From: Octopus sinensis
Lineage: Eukaryota
Assembly: GCF_006345805.1 (NCBI RefSeq)
Contig: NW_021831669.1
Location: 1-33,721, forward strand
Direction of reading: 5' to 3'
DNA: 33,721 nt
Numbering within the stretch: position 1 is the first letter of the stretch; each line of letters opens with the position of its first letter. Position numbers and translations under genes: made by a program. Shown here in pieces: positions 12,765 to 22,885 of this stretch. The notes below the pieces were generated by a model. That model made no database searches, was not told the origin of the DNA, and was given only the letters and a program-made list of their open reading frames with translations.

Positions 12765-13103
12765 TGGTGCTTTTTACGTGCCACCTGCATGAGTGCCTAT
12801 CAGATGGCACTGGCATCAACCACAACTGCAATTTCCATTTTGATTTTGTGCCGGTGGCACGTAAAAAGCACCATCCGAACATGGCCGTTTGCCAGCCTTG
12901 TCTGGCACCTGTGTCGGTGGCACATAAAAAGCACCCACTACACTCACGGAGTGGTTGGTGTTAGGAAGGGCATCCAGCTGTAGAAACACCGCAAGATCTG
13001 ACTGGCCTGGTGCAGCCTTCGGGCTTCCCAGACCCCAGTTGAACCGTCCAACCCATGCTAGCATGGAGAACGGACGCTAAATGATGATGATGATGATGAT
13101 GAT
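12765..13103 (+). mobile_element. (GAT)n-tailed retroposon with 3 hairpin modules, preceded by a decayed SINE head (12640-12765)
   Basis: gtgccggtggcacgtaaaaagcacc modules and a (gat)n tail. Confidence 0.82.
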
Positions 13104-13556
13104 TTCGATCTTGATCTGTTTTTGATTTTTGTTGTGTAATAGTTGTAAACGAGAGTCACCATCAAGCAAGCGGTGTCTATTGTTTCCAGTCTTCCATGAA
13201 AACATGTCTGGTCATGGGGAAACATTACTTTGCACTTGGAAATGAGGAAGGGTTAGCAACAGAAATACCTTAATTTTTTTAGTTGACCAATTTTGACCAA
13301 ACTTTATCAATCTCTTGTTACTAGGATTTAACCACTAGTATTTTATGAAGCTCTTTGCACCAAGTTGCTAAATTATGGGGAACACAAACAAACCAACACT
13401 GATTGGCAAGAGACTAGAATCAAATATGAATGCAAAGACGCATACAGGCATGCACAAGCAAACACACACATACGAACACACACACACACACGCATGCACA
13501 GACATGCATGCAAACACATGTGCACATATATACACACACAAATGGACACACATAAA

Positions 13557-13780
13557 AGCAGCAAGCTGGCAGAAACGTTAGCATGCCGGGCGAAATGCTT
13601 AGCGGTATTTCGTTTGCTGTTACATTGTGAGTTCGAAGTCTGCCGAGGTCAACTTTGCCTTTCATTCTTTCGGGGTCAAAAAATTAAGTACCAGTTACAC
13701 ACTGGGGTCGATGTAATCAACTTTGTCTGTCCTTGTTTGTCCCCTATATATTTAGCCCCTTGTGGGCAATAAAGAAATAA
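13557..13780 (+). mobile_element. Type B tRNA-derived SINE
   Basis: Head gcaagctggcagaaacgttagc, B-box gagttcgaagtc, central gtcaactttgcctttcattctttcggggtc. Confidence 0.85.
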
Positions 13781-14461
13781 CAAATGGACACACATACACA
13801 CATATGCCTTCTATATCCGTTAAAATATCAGGTGGTTTGTTGTTTCCATGGTAACACGAATTATAACGACATTGTTGCTAGCCTTGTACACCATCCCTTC
13901 TTCTTTCTCAACATGGGCCTGTGACTGGACATGCTTAATACCAGCCCAAATTCCAAATTTAAGCAGGGAAGATCAACAACCCTTGATAGGGAGGGGCTTA
14001 TTCCAGATACTGTCAAATGGACACAACTAAACCTGATGAGGTTTCTCTAGCCATCCAAGCAGAAGAGAGACAAACCCTGGAGAGGATATACAATGTTCAT
14101 CTAACACAAATTATTGTTGTTTAGTCCCAAGTTAGCACTGAACAAACAGGCCTACAATCAAAAGCGCTCCAGTTTTGACCATCCTGTAAAAGAAAATCAA
14201 GATCGTATCATCCAATGATGAAGCAACCCTATGATCAAGGACATTCAAGCGGTGACCATCCTGTCTTTTTCCTCTGCAAAGGAACTCACAACAGTTTTAT
14301 CTATTGTTTCCATGTCTATGATATTAGGATTTGATTTCAGGAAGGCTTAGCTGTCATTTCAGGTGTGTCTAGTGATCATGTAGAGATTCGTTGGTTCATA
14401 CACATCAATGCAAAAAAAAAAGACAAAAAAAACTATCAGATCATCTAACACTAATTTCGCT

Positions 14462-14761
14462 GCCCCATTTAGACTGAGGACCATGTGCTGCAATAGATTT
14501 GGACTGTAGGGCCCACAGCTTTTTAATGCCTTGCCAAAACATCTGATGGAGCTTCATGGGGCGGAGATAGGTGTTTTCAAGAAACAACTTGACTTCTTGC
14601 TATTCAGGGTCCCAGACTCAATAGAGGGCAGCAGTTTCGAACTCCATTCTTCACCAAAAGCTAATCACATAAGATTGGTCACTGAAAAGGTGATTACACT
14701 GGCCGTGCCCCAGTATGGCCACAACCTTAGGGCTAAAATATATAAAAGAATAAAAGAATAT
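14462..14761 (+). mobile_element. 3' end relic of a CR1/L2-group-like LINE
   Basis: Translates TMCCNRFGL*GPQLFNALPKHLMELHGAEIGVFKKQLDFLLFRVPD, resembling the ORF2 C-terminal GPQLFN..LP...FK..LD.FL..VPD pattern; ends (ataaaaga)n. Confidence 0.75.
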
Positions 14762-15042
14762 TCCTGATAGCTAAATGAACTGAAGCATAGTGGAATAAAT
14801 TCTGCCTGTGTGGTCATGTAGCACCTCTAGAGCAAGACACCTCTTCTGCTCTGGACCTTATCCCACTTTAAACATGAATCTCCAAGCACAAAGCTAATTC
14901 TCTCTCTGGGTCCATAGTGTTGCAAGTTGCATGGTGATCTCATTAGTGCTGGTGTTATGGGGGAAAAAAAGCAGAAAAAGAGCATCTGGTATCTATCGTA
15001 AAGGGATTGATATTAGAAGGGGCATTTGTATCTATTGTTGTT

Positions 15043-15375
15043 GAGACCCCCTTTGGTCATGACTGACCATGGAATTGCACCTAGAAAGTTACCCACCCAG
15101 GGACAAATCTGGACAAGGTTATTTATGGAAGTCTAGCAGTTGCCTATGCATACCAGCCTCCCCTCTCCAAGCCACCAGTGTTATCCAAGGGAAAGGCAAA
15201 GGCCGATACAGCTTGGCACCTGTGACATCACAACTCATTTCTACAGCTGAGTGAACTGGAGCAACATGAAATAAAGTGTCTTGCTCAAGAAAACATGCAG
15301 CCTGGTCCGAGATTCGAACTCACAACCTCACGATCATAAGCTCAACGCTTTAACCACTGAGCAATGTGCCTTTAC
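15043..15375 (-). mobile_element. tRNA-derived CORE-like SINE, type C
   Basis: Minus strand reads gcacattgctcagtggttaaagcg (A box)...gtgagttcgaatctcgg (B box)...cttgagcaagacacttt (CORE-like). Confidence 0.8.
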
Positions 15376-15424
15376 ATGTATCTATTGTAAAGGGATTGAC
15401 ATTTGAAAGGGCATTTGTCTATAG

Positions 15425-15782
15425 CAGTGGTTCTCAACTGGTATCTATGTGGCCCTTAGAGTCCCATATAAGGTTCTGCAGTCTCATTTAGACATAGGAC
15501 CATGTGCTTCAATAGATTCGGATTGTAGGGCCCACAGCTTCTTAATGCCTTGCCAAAACATCTGATGGATCTTCATGGAGCAGGAATTATATGCAATAAA
15601 TTGGTTATATTTCTCTAATGTACAAAATATTTTAACAATTTCGTTTTTACATAATTCCTAATAATATTTAATTACAAAAATATCATCAGATATTTTAAAC
15701 ATCATGTGGCTAAGAGGGTCCAGATGAGTAAATTAGGAACCAGAGTGGGGCTTATAGACAAAAAAATGGTTAAGAATCACAG
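15425..15782 (+). mobile_element. hAT (Charlie-like) MITE carrying an internal LINE fragment
   Basis: Left TIR cagtggttctcaac, decayed right TIR ggttaagaatcacag; flanks gtctatag / atctatac match 6 of 8 and resemble the NTCTAGAN target. Confidence 0.7.
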
Positions 15783-17343
15783 ATCTATACCAGAGTGATT
15801 ATGCCAAAGTGGATGATGGAGCCTGACGCAGTCGTTGGACATGTCAGGCCCTATCAAACCAGCCAATCCATGCTAATATAGAGGACGGGTGTTAAATGAA
15901 AACGATAATGATGATGATGATGATGATGATGATGACACACAATGAAACACTTGCAATGGATTTGAACTTGCGATACATGAGTTATAGTTTAATATCTTAT
16001 CCATTCAGCTATGCTTTTGCTCCTTCTCTTTAATAATTATGTAACACACTGTACATATGCAGTATTAAATAGAGGATTAACTGGTTTGTTGTGTGGGTAT
16101 TTATAATGCAAAGAAGATCAAGATGATGGGGGTTGAGCTGTGTCAATCATGTCAACCTATTGAATATTGACTACTGACTATTGTGCTGTAATTTCATTTC
16201 TAGCCCTACCTTCCTAAAGGAAGATGTCTTACTATGCTGTATCATAATGGAAAGATTTAAAATATAATATATATGAAAAAGAAAGGGAATGAAATATAAT
16301 GTATATCTCCAATACAATAGGCTGAGAAATTTAAAAAATCTGACTTCATCACAAAACTAAATCATATTTAGACACGATGTGTATGTCTGTGTTTATATGT
16401 GGTTGTATATATCTGCCTTTGTCATTTTATATGCCTACATATACACAAATGTACATACATACATATACACATATATTCATACATACATACATACATATAT
16501 GTATGTTCATACACACATACATACATCGTACATACAAACATATATACATATATATACACGAACAAACTCCAAATAAAAAAAATAATAAATTCCACAACCT
16601 AACCAGTCATCCAGAGCCTCCAAGATCAGATAGATATACCGAGCTGGTTATTGAATTAGTTTATTTTATCTGGAGCTTATTTCTATTTCATTATCAAAAT
16701 ATAAAAACAAAGCCACAACCACCATCACAACAGCAACAAAACACCAACACCAACACTGTGAAGAAGCAAGCAGGAGATGAAGAAGAAGACGACAAGCACC
16801 ATCGTGTGGAAAAAAAAGAAAAGATTTCACAAAAGCTGATGGAAGCTATACAAATAACCCTGTGTATTTATCTTATCTAGTACGAAGGAAATCTTAAAAA
16901 TGATGATTACACAATAGTCTTTCATTTAGTTGCCGGAATTTTCTGCTTGCACGCGTGCTTATGCGTGTATATCTGTGTGAATATATATTTGTGTGGGCAA
17001 CTGAGCATACACGAATGTGCGTATATGTGTGTGTATGTGTGTGTGTACTTGTAGTGAATTTATACATTTATCATTTTTTATGATATCTTTTTTATTGTTT
17101 TGTTTGTTCCCCTTTTCATTTTTTGTTTCTTATTTTCTTTTTCTTCTCATTTTTCTTTTGTTGTTATGTTTTTGTCCTTTTTTTTTTTCTTTTTGTTTGC
17201 AAGAATAATCTCTAGCTCATTATTTTCTTTCAGAGACTATATGTTGAACCTAATTTAGTTCCATTTATTAACGCACAAGACTTGGTAATTAATTCAAACA
17301 AACTAGTTAAAATCTCCCATATATATATATATATTTATATATT

Positions 17344-17392
<49 letters not shown>

Positions 17393-17639
17393 GCTATCTA
17401 TCTCTCCCTCTCTCTCTCTCTCTCTCTCTTTCTCTCTTTTGCTCTCTCTCTCTCTATATATATATATACACACACACACACACATACATATATATACATG
17501 TACATACATGCACATACGCACACACACACACACACACACACATACAGGCATCTCTTTCTCTCTTGTCTATAGATATATACACGCAGAGCTGAATATACAG
17601 AGATAATTATATCTGAGAGTCTTAATGAATTTTAAATTA

Positions 17640-17793
17640 TAATATGCCAAAAGAGCAACTTATGTTTACTCAAAATAATAACAATAATAATTATCATAAT
17701 AACAATAACAATAACAATCATAATAATAATGATAATAATAACGATGATGACAACAACAACAACAACAACAGCAACAACAACAACAACAACAAC

Positions 17794-17827
<34 letters not shown>

Positions 17828-17830
17828 GCT
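17640..17830 (+). repeat. (AAT)n/(AAC)n microsatellite
   Basis: Direct inspection. Confidence 0.95.
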
Positions 17831-18083
17831 TCAAATTTTGGTGCAGAGCCAGCACCTTTGTGGGAGAGGAGGTTAGGTGATACTTGATGAGAACTTTGTT
17901 TGATAACCACCACCCACCCCAACAAAAGAAAAAAAATAACAAAAAGCAAAGAGGACCTGGGCAGAATTTTAATTCAGGACATAATAAACCAGAAGAATTG
18001 CCACTAAGTGTTTGTTTGACTTGCTAATGATTTTGCCAACACACTTCATAGAATCATGAGCACATTAACAATAAGTTAATAAT

Positions 18084-18452
18084 AACAAGAGCACTCAGAG
18101 GGTGCAAACCTCTGCCAAGGGAACACCAATGTCCTCTCGATGATTAGCCAAAGATGATTTTTAAAATAGGAATATCTGAAATAAACTCAACTGCTATCAC
18201 AAATGAGAATACTAAAAATGAACCCAACTGCACTCAAAAATTAAATTTAAAAAAATGGAAGAATAATCCAGAATCCTTGTCCGGTACCAGATCAATCCCA
18301 AAATCTAATCAGTTTGTGCCAGTCATGAGGCCAAACTTCTCTGAAAGTTTCATCTGAATCCAACCAGTGGTTCTTGAGATATCTTGTCTACGGACAAACA
18401 AACAAATATGACTGACAACAATACCTCTGCCTTCGCTAAGGCGGAAGAAATA
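18084..18452 (+). mobile_element. Non-autonomous element, Helentron-associated (HINE/DINE-1-like) architecture
   Basis: Starts aacaagagcactcagag...acctctgccaagg; (caaa)n near the end; terminal hairpin cctctgcc-ttcgctaa-ggcggaag whose arm is inverted relative to the 5' cctctgcc. Confidence 0.55.
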
Positions 18453-18548
18453 AAAACAACAGCAACGACAACAGTTTGTCCTCTAGCATTAGTTGGGCTC
18501 AGAAGTTGATTATAAGATTTTATGGGACTACTCCCTATTGACTGATCA

Positions 18549-18730
18549 TCTATTATATAAAATCCATTCTGTCCGTGTGTGTGTCCTCTAGGATCTCGGG
18601 CATCCTCCATCCGATTGCCCTCAAATTTGATATCTAGATACCGACGGTATCAGGGCGTGTATAAGTCTTGAAAAAGTTACAAAAATCGATTCCAGATGAG
18701 AATGCAATCGATAAAGCCGTGGGAACGTGC
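18549..18730 (+). mobile_element. Helitron-like 5' fragment
   Basis: A|TCTATTATATAAAA start followed by ctgtccgtgtgtgtg and ccgattgccctcaaatttg; CpG-rich; no 3' hairpin-CTAG end found. Confidence 0.5.
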
Positions 18731-18813
18731 ATTTGTAAAATCGTCTTTCTTGGAATAGAAAAAAAGTCTATCTTTATTTCTTCTTTTGCTGGTGTCTCAA
18801 ATTTAGGTTAAAT

Positions 18814-18900
18814 CAGTGTTTCTCAAAGGGGAGGCCTATGGGACGGTCAGGCAAATTGTTTTGAGAAAATTTGGTTTAAATATTTGACAACACAGCACCG
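18814..18900 (+). mobile_element. Solo hAT-like terminal fragment
   Basis: cagtgtttctcaaa resembles the TIR at 15425; no partner TIR found. Confidence 0.35.
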
Positions 18901-18939
18901 TCCATTGGACGGGGGATGTTTTGCTTGTACCATATAGAG

Positions 18940-19240
18940 GACAATATAAATAAATAGTGTAAAATCATAGACTTTACAATTCTCTATGATGACAGGGTTA
19001 ATACCAAAGAAACTGGAAAAAATTGAAGAACATTAGGATCTACCCACAGAGCTGAAAAGACTGTGGCAGACTAAGACAACAATTCTTCCTGTGGCAGTTG
19101 CTACACTTGGCACAACAACCAAAATGCTGCCTAAAAGAATGAAAAATAATGGAAGCAAGACTTGCATTGTTGACCTGCAGAAAAGTGCCCTCCTATATTC
19201 TTGCAAAAAAAAAAAAAAAAAATTCTTGCAATTTGAGGAC
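18940..19240 (+). pseudogene. Relic of the restriction-like endonuclease C-terminus of an RLE-type non-LTR retrotransposon (R4/NeSL-like)
   Basis: With one frameshift and stops it reads CKIIDFTILYDDRVNTKE/LEKIEEH*DLPTELKRLWQTKTTILPVAVATLGTTTKMLPKRMKNNGSKTCIVDLQKSALL, following the IID...EK..KY.DL...LW.....P.V.G.LG...LQK..LL pattern. Confidence 0.75.
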
Positions 19241-19361
19241 ACATGTTGCTACTATACCTCAAGAAAACATTCCTGCTAATTACATTTGTATGTAATAATT
19301 ATGGAATGATAATTCGACTTTATGTGCTACCTGGGTTTCATTCATAGAAAGTAAACCAACA

Positions 19362-19696
19362 TACATTATTTACATTATTTACAATTAATGGATATTTGTC
19401 CTCATCTTGTTTGTTGTTAACACAACATTTTGGCTGATATACCCTCCAGCCTCCATCAGGTGTCTTGGGGAAATTTTGAACCTGGGTTCTCATTCGTAAG
19501 GTATTTTTCGATGTTATTAATATTATTATTATTATAATCATCATTATTATTATTATTGTTCAGGTCACTGCCTGGAATCAAACTCAGAATCTTGGGGTTA
19601 GTTGCCTGCACTCTTAACCACTATGCTATATGCCCGTCAAATGTAAATAATGTAAATAATGTACATAATTCCTCATCTCTTAAATATAGAACTGTA
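19362..19696 (-). mobile_element. Non-autonomous element: inverted repeats, tRNA-like head, (AAT)n and Penelope-type hammerhead relic
   Basis: 30-nt inverted repeats 19362-19391 / 19634-19663 (27 of 30 match); A and B boxes at about 19575-19632 on minus; hammerhead topology at 19419-19464. Confidence 0.75.
19419..19464 (-). ncRNA. Degenerate type I minimal hammerhead ribozyme
   Basis: GACAC CTGATGG A GGCTG-GAGGGTATAT-CAGCC AAAA TGTT GTGTT: stems I and II are intact; three substitutions from CTGATGA...GAAA CGTT, two of them CpG-type transitions. Confidence 0.65.
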
Positions 19697-20249
19697 GTAA
19701 ACCAATATGTTTCAATCTCTTTCACAATAGTCACTGGACACCAGGAAAAAGCTGCCATTTCTAGTCAAATGACAGCAGCAGATCAAACTTTAAGATGAAC
19801 TCAGCTAAGAACCAAGTCCATCCTACAGACTCTAAAAGCTGTCCAATAAAGTACCCAGTCTGAATTGCTTCAACAAAGGAATCCCGTATATCTTGTTCAA
19901 TCTTGACCATTACTACAAAGTTTATGGCAAACAAGGTACTTATAGAATGTGTCTATAGCCTCTGCAGGCAACATATGCATTTACCATACTTCCCTGACTG
20001 ATCAAGGCTAGCTTCCTCTACAATGATTTCGTTTGGGTGTCATTGGCCACCCTGTTTGAAATATCACCTCTGTTGCTCTCCGCCTGGAGTCTGTGCTGAA
20101 CCAGACAAGTTCCCATGCACATTAACTGTTTTGTTACCATATATCTGTTGAAATATGCTGTCATTGTTTCAATTTATTTGTAAAATAACGAAGAATTCCG
20201 TAAAATAACTTTGTCATTATTAAGCTAGAATTTCATAGATAGAAAAAAG

Positions 20250-20647
20250 GGCATTCGAGCCCCGTGCTAGTAAGGTATTAAGAGCACCATCCGAGCGTGA
20301 TCATTGCCAGAGCGGCTATCTGGCCTCCGTGCCGGTGGCACATAAAAAAAACACCATTCAAGCATGATCGTTACCAGCATCGCCTTACTGGTACCCACGC
20401 CGGTGGCATGTGTAAAAGATTCAAGCGAGGTCATTGCCAGTGCCGCCTGACTGGCCCTCATGCCGGTGGCACGTAAAAGCACCCACTACACTCTCGGAGT
20501 GGTTGGCATTAGGAAGGGCATCCAGCTGTAGAAACTCTGCCAGGTCAAGATTTTAAGCCTGGTGCAGTCATCTGGTTTGCCAGCCCTCAGTCAAAATTGT
20601 CCAACCCATGCTAGCATGGAAAGCGGACGTTAAACGATGATGATGAT
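20250..20647 (+). mobile_element. (GAT)n-tailed retroposon with tandem hairpin modules
   Basis: Three complete modules plus a lead-in; shared body and tail. Confidence 0.85.
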
Positions 20648-20821
20648 AAAATTAAAATAGAATATTTTAAAACAGGAAGTTTATATCATAGAACTCTGAG
20701 TTGCTAAATCTATATTTTTGCCAAGTGTTTGACAGATTACTTCCCAAACATAGGTCACCACAGGTAGGCATGACCAAAGTTATATCCTCAAAATACTGAC
20801 ATGATCCCTTTTCATTTCAGA

Positions 20822-21000
20822 GAGTGTAGACATGGCACTATGGTTAAGAAGCTTGCCCTGCAACCGCAGGATTTGGGGTTCAATTCCATTGTGTGACATC
20901 CTGAGCAGGTGTCTTCTGCTATAGCTCCAGACCACTCAAAGCTTGCCCTGGGAGTAGATTTAGAAAGCAGAAACCGAAAATAGATTTGTGAGATCTATAT

Positions 21001-21072
<72 letters not shown>

Positions 21073-21295
21073 TAGAGCATGTGTGTGTGTGTGCACATGT
21101 ATATATGAGTGCTTATATGTGTTGACAGTCATAAATCAGAATTTCCATCATGCTAGTGGTGTCCTTCATTTCAATCTTTGACATGAACATATCCATCCAT
21201 CGGGGAACATATCAGTTTGTTTGGAAACAGGTAAGGCTCAGTGCCAGGAAGAGCTTCCAGCCATAGAATATCAGCTGACACTTTGAAATAAGGAA
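20822..21295 (+). mobile_element. Decayed CORE-like SINE with internal (TC)n and an alternative tail
   Basis: Head atggcactatggttaagaagcttgc...ggggttcaattcc; (TC)n at about 21007-21068; tail resembles 13130-13260. Confidence 0.6.
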
Positions 21296-21451
21296 ATAGA
21301 AAACGAAAGTGCAGGCATCGGTTTAACATCTACTTTTCCATGTTTTTATGGATCCATCTGACTCATGCAGGCATGGAAAAAGAGACGTTAAAATGATGAT
21401 GTTGATGAAGACAAAATAGGACCAAAAAATAAAAAGAATTGAAGTGCTTAC

Positions 21452-22041
21452 CTCAAGCAATGTATCACAAGATTCTTCATTGCTAGCTATGTCTCCACAG
21501 AATGGTCCCAAACAACTGTTCTTAGGTAATGGAATGGTGCAACATACTTGTAAATCATCTCCTGCACCTTTAACAAGTCGAAGAATTTCACACTTTGGAG
21601 AAGTGACAGACACCGATGATGACAATAGTACTGATGATGAGGATGACGATGAGGATGGTGGTGATGATGATGACGATGTCGATGAAGTTGAAATCGCTGA
21701 CGTCGATGATAAAGCTGTCAGCGATGACGACGATGGGGGTGGGGGCGAGGACAAGGCAGAAGGTTCCTCTTTGGAAGATAGTCCATAGCAAGAATTGTTA
21801 CAAGTTTGTTCAGTCTTTATTTGGACATTTTCGCACAACGGTTCTTTAAACGTTGGCGAAAATGAATTTTGTTGAAGTGAGGATGCACAGGATTCTTCTT
21901 CCTCTCGGAAGTTGCTTTCCATGTCTTCATGGTTAGAAATTTGAGCAGGTGTCGGAAGCACTTCTTCTTTAATATCTTCGAGGTTTTTCCTATCAAGTTC
22001 ATCTTCCAATTCCTTGTCGATGTTTTCATCCCCGGGTAGTC
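21452..22041 (-). CDS. Internal coding exon of a PR/SET-like domain transcription factor (PRDM family or FOG/ZFPM/U-shaped-like); acidic and Ser-rich N-terminal region plus start of PR domain
   Basis: Acceptor ttttatgttttcag|GA at 22042/22041 and donor GAG|gtaagc at 21452/21451. The 590 nt exon is open (phase 1 to phase 0) and mostly non-repetitive. It ends in ILRLVKGAGDDLQVCCTIPLPKNSCLGPFCGDIASNEESCDTLLE, which resembles the N-terminal LPxGxxFGPFxG block of PR domains. Other exons were not identified. Confidence 0.8.
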
Positions 22042-22088
22042 CTGAAAACATAAAACAAATGATTAAAAATTATGTATGTGTGTATATA

Positions 22089-22126
<38 letters not shown>

Positions 22127-22560
22127 ACAAATTAATAAATAAAACATATGCATATACATACATATATGTACGTACCTACATCTATCTACATAAATATATA
22201 CATGCATATATGGGTACGGGACACCAAAAAAAACGTCGAACACAATGAGAAACGAAAACATAAACACAAAACCAAGGAAATGGACATTTTTCTTAAACAA
22301 CGAAAAAATAGAGTACAAGACATACAACACCAGGAAAATTCCCCTTCTTCAGTCACCATGGTTTCATCTACTCCATGTTTCGAAGGTGAAGGCGAGATGC
22401 GAAAAGCAAATTAAATAAAATTTGAGATCTTTTTGCGGAGGGGTAAAAATGGTAACAAAAACAGGACAGTAACGACAGTACAAAATATAAACAGTAAAAG
22501 ACAGGACAAGGAGAATAACAGTATATGTATAAATTTAAAATGTGAGCAATAACAAAAATA

Positions 22561-22885
22561 CGGTATTTCGTCTGTCTTTACGTTTTCTGTTCAAATTCTG
22601 CTGAGGTCGACTTTGCCTTTGATGGTTTCGAGGTCAATAAATTAAGTACCAGTTGTGTACTGGGGTCGATCTAATTGACTGGCCCCCTCCCCAACAATTT
22701 CGGGCCTTGTGCCTAGAGTAGAAAAGAATCGTTGGGACGCTGGGAGAAATGCTTAGCGGTATTTTGTCTGTCTTTACGTTCTCAGTTCAAATTCTGCTGA
22801 TGGTTTTAGGGTCGATAAATTAAGCACTAATTGCATACTGGGGGGGATCGATCTAATCGATTGGCCCCTCCCCTCCAACATTTGG
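22561..22885 (+). mobile_element. Two adjacent type B SINE copies
   Basis: cggtattt(c/t)gtctgtctttacgtt...ctggggtcgatctaattgactggcccc occurs twice (about 22561-22729 and 22745-22885). Confidence 0.8.

Noticed and set aside
13820-13985. Minus-strand open stretch (GIWAGIKHVQSQAHVEKEEGMVYKASNN) as a PR-domain continuation
   Set aside because: No PR NW(L/M) motif and no convincing splice sites.
14025-14080. CTGATGAG followed by a possible stem
   Set aside because: No GAAA core after the stem and no stem I or III pairing.
19197-19231. attcttgcaa duplicated around poly(A), resembling a poly(A)-only retroposition
   Set aside because: Equally explained by expansion of an A-run inside the RLE relic's own SCKIL-like codons.
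21444-21788. Acidic plus-strand ORF
   Set aside because: It is the antisense shadow of the TCA/TCG Ser-rich tract of the real minus-strand exon.
22320-22410. Possible upstream exon (SPSKHGVDETMVTEEGEFS) for the PR-like gene
   Set aside because: Available GT donors give the wrong phase or create TGA when joined to the phase-1 acceptor at 22041, and there is no good acceptor.
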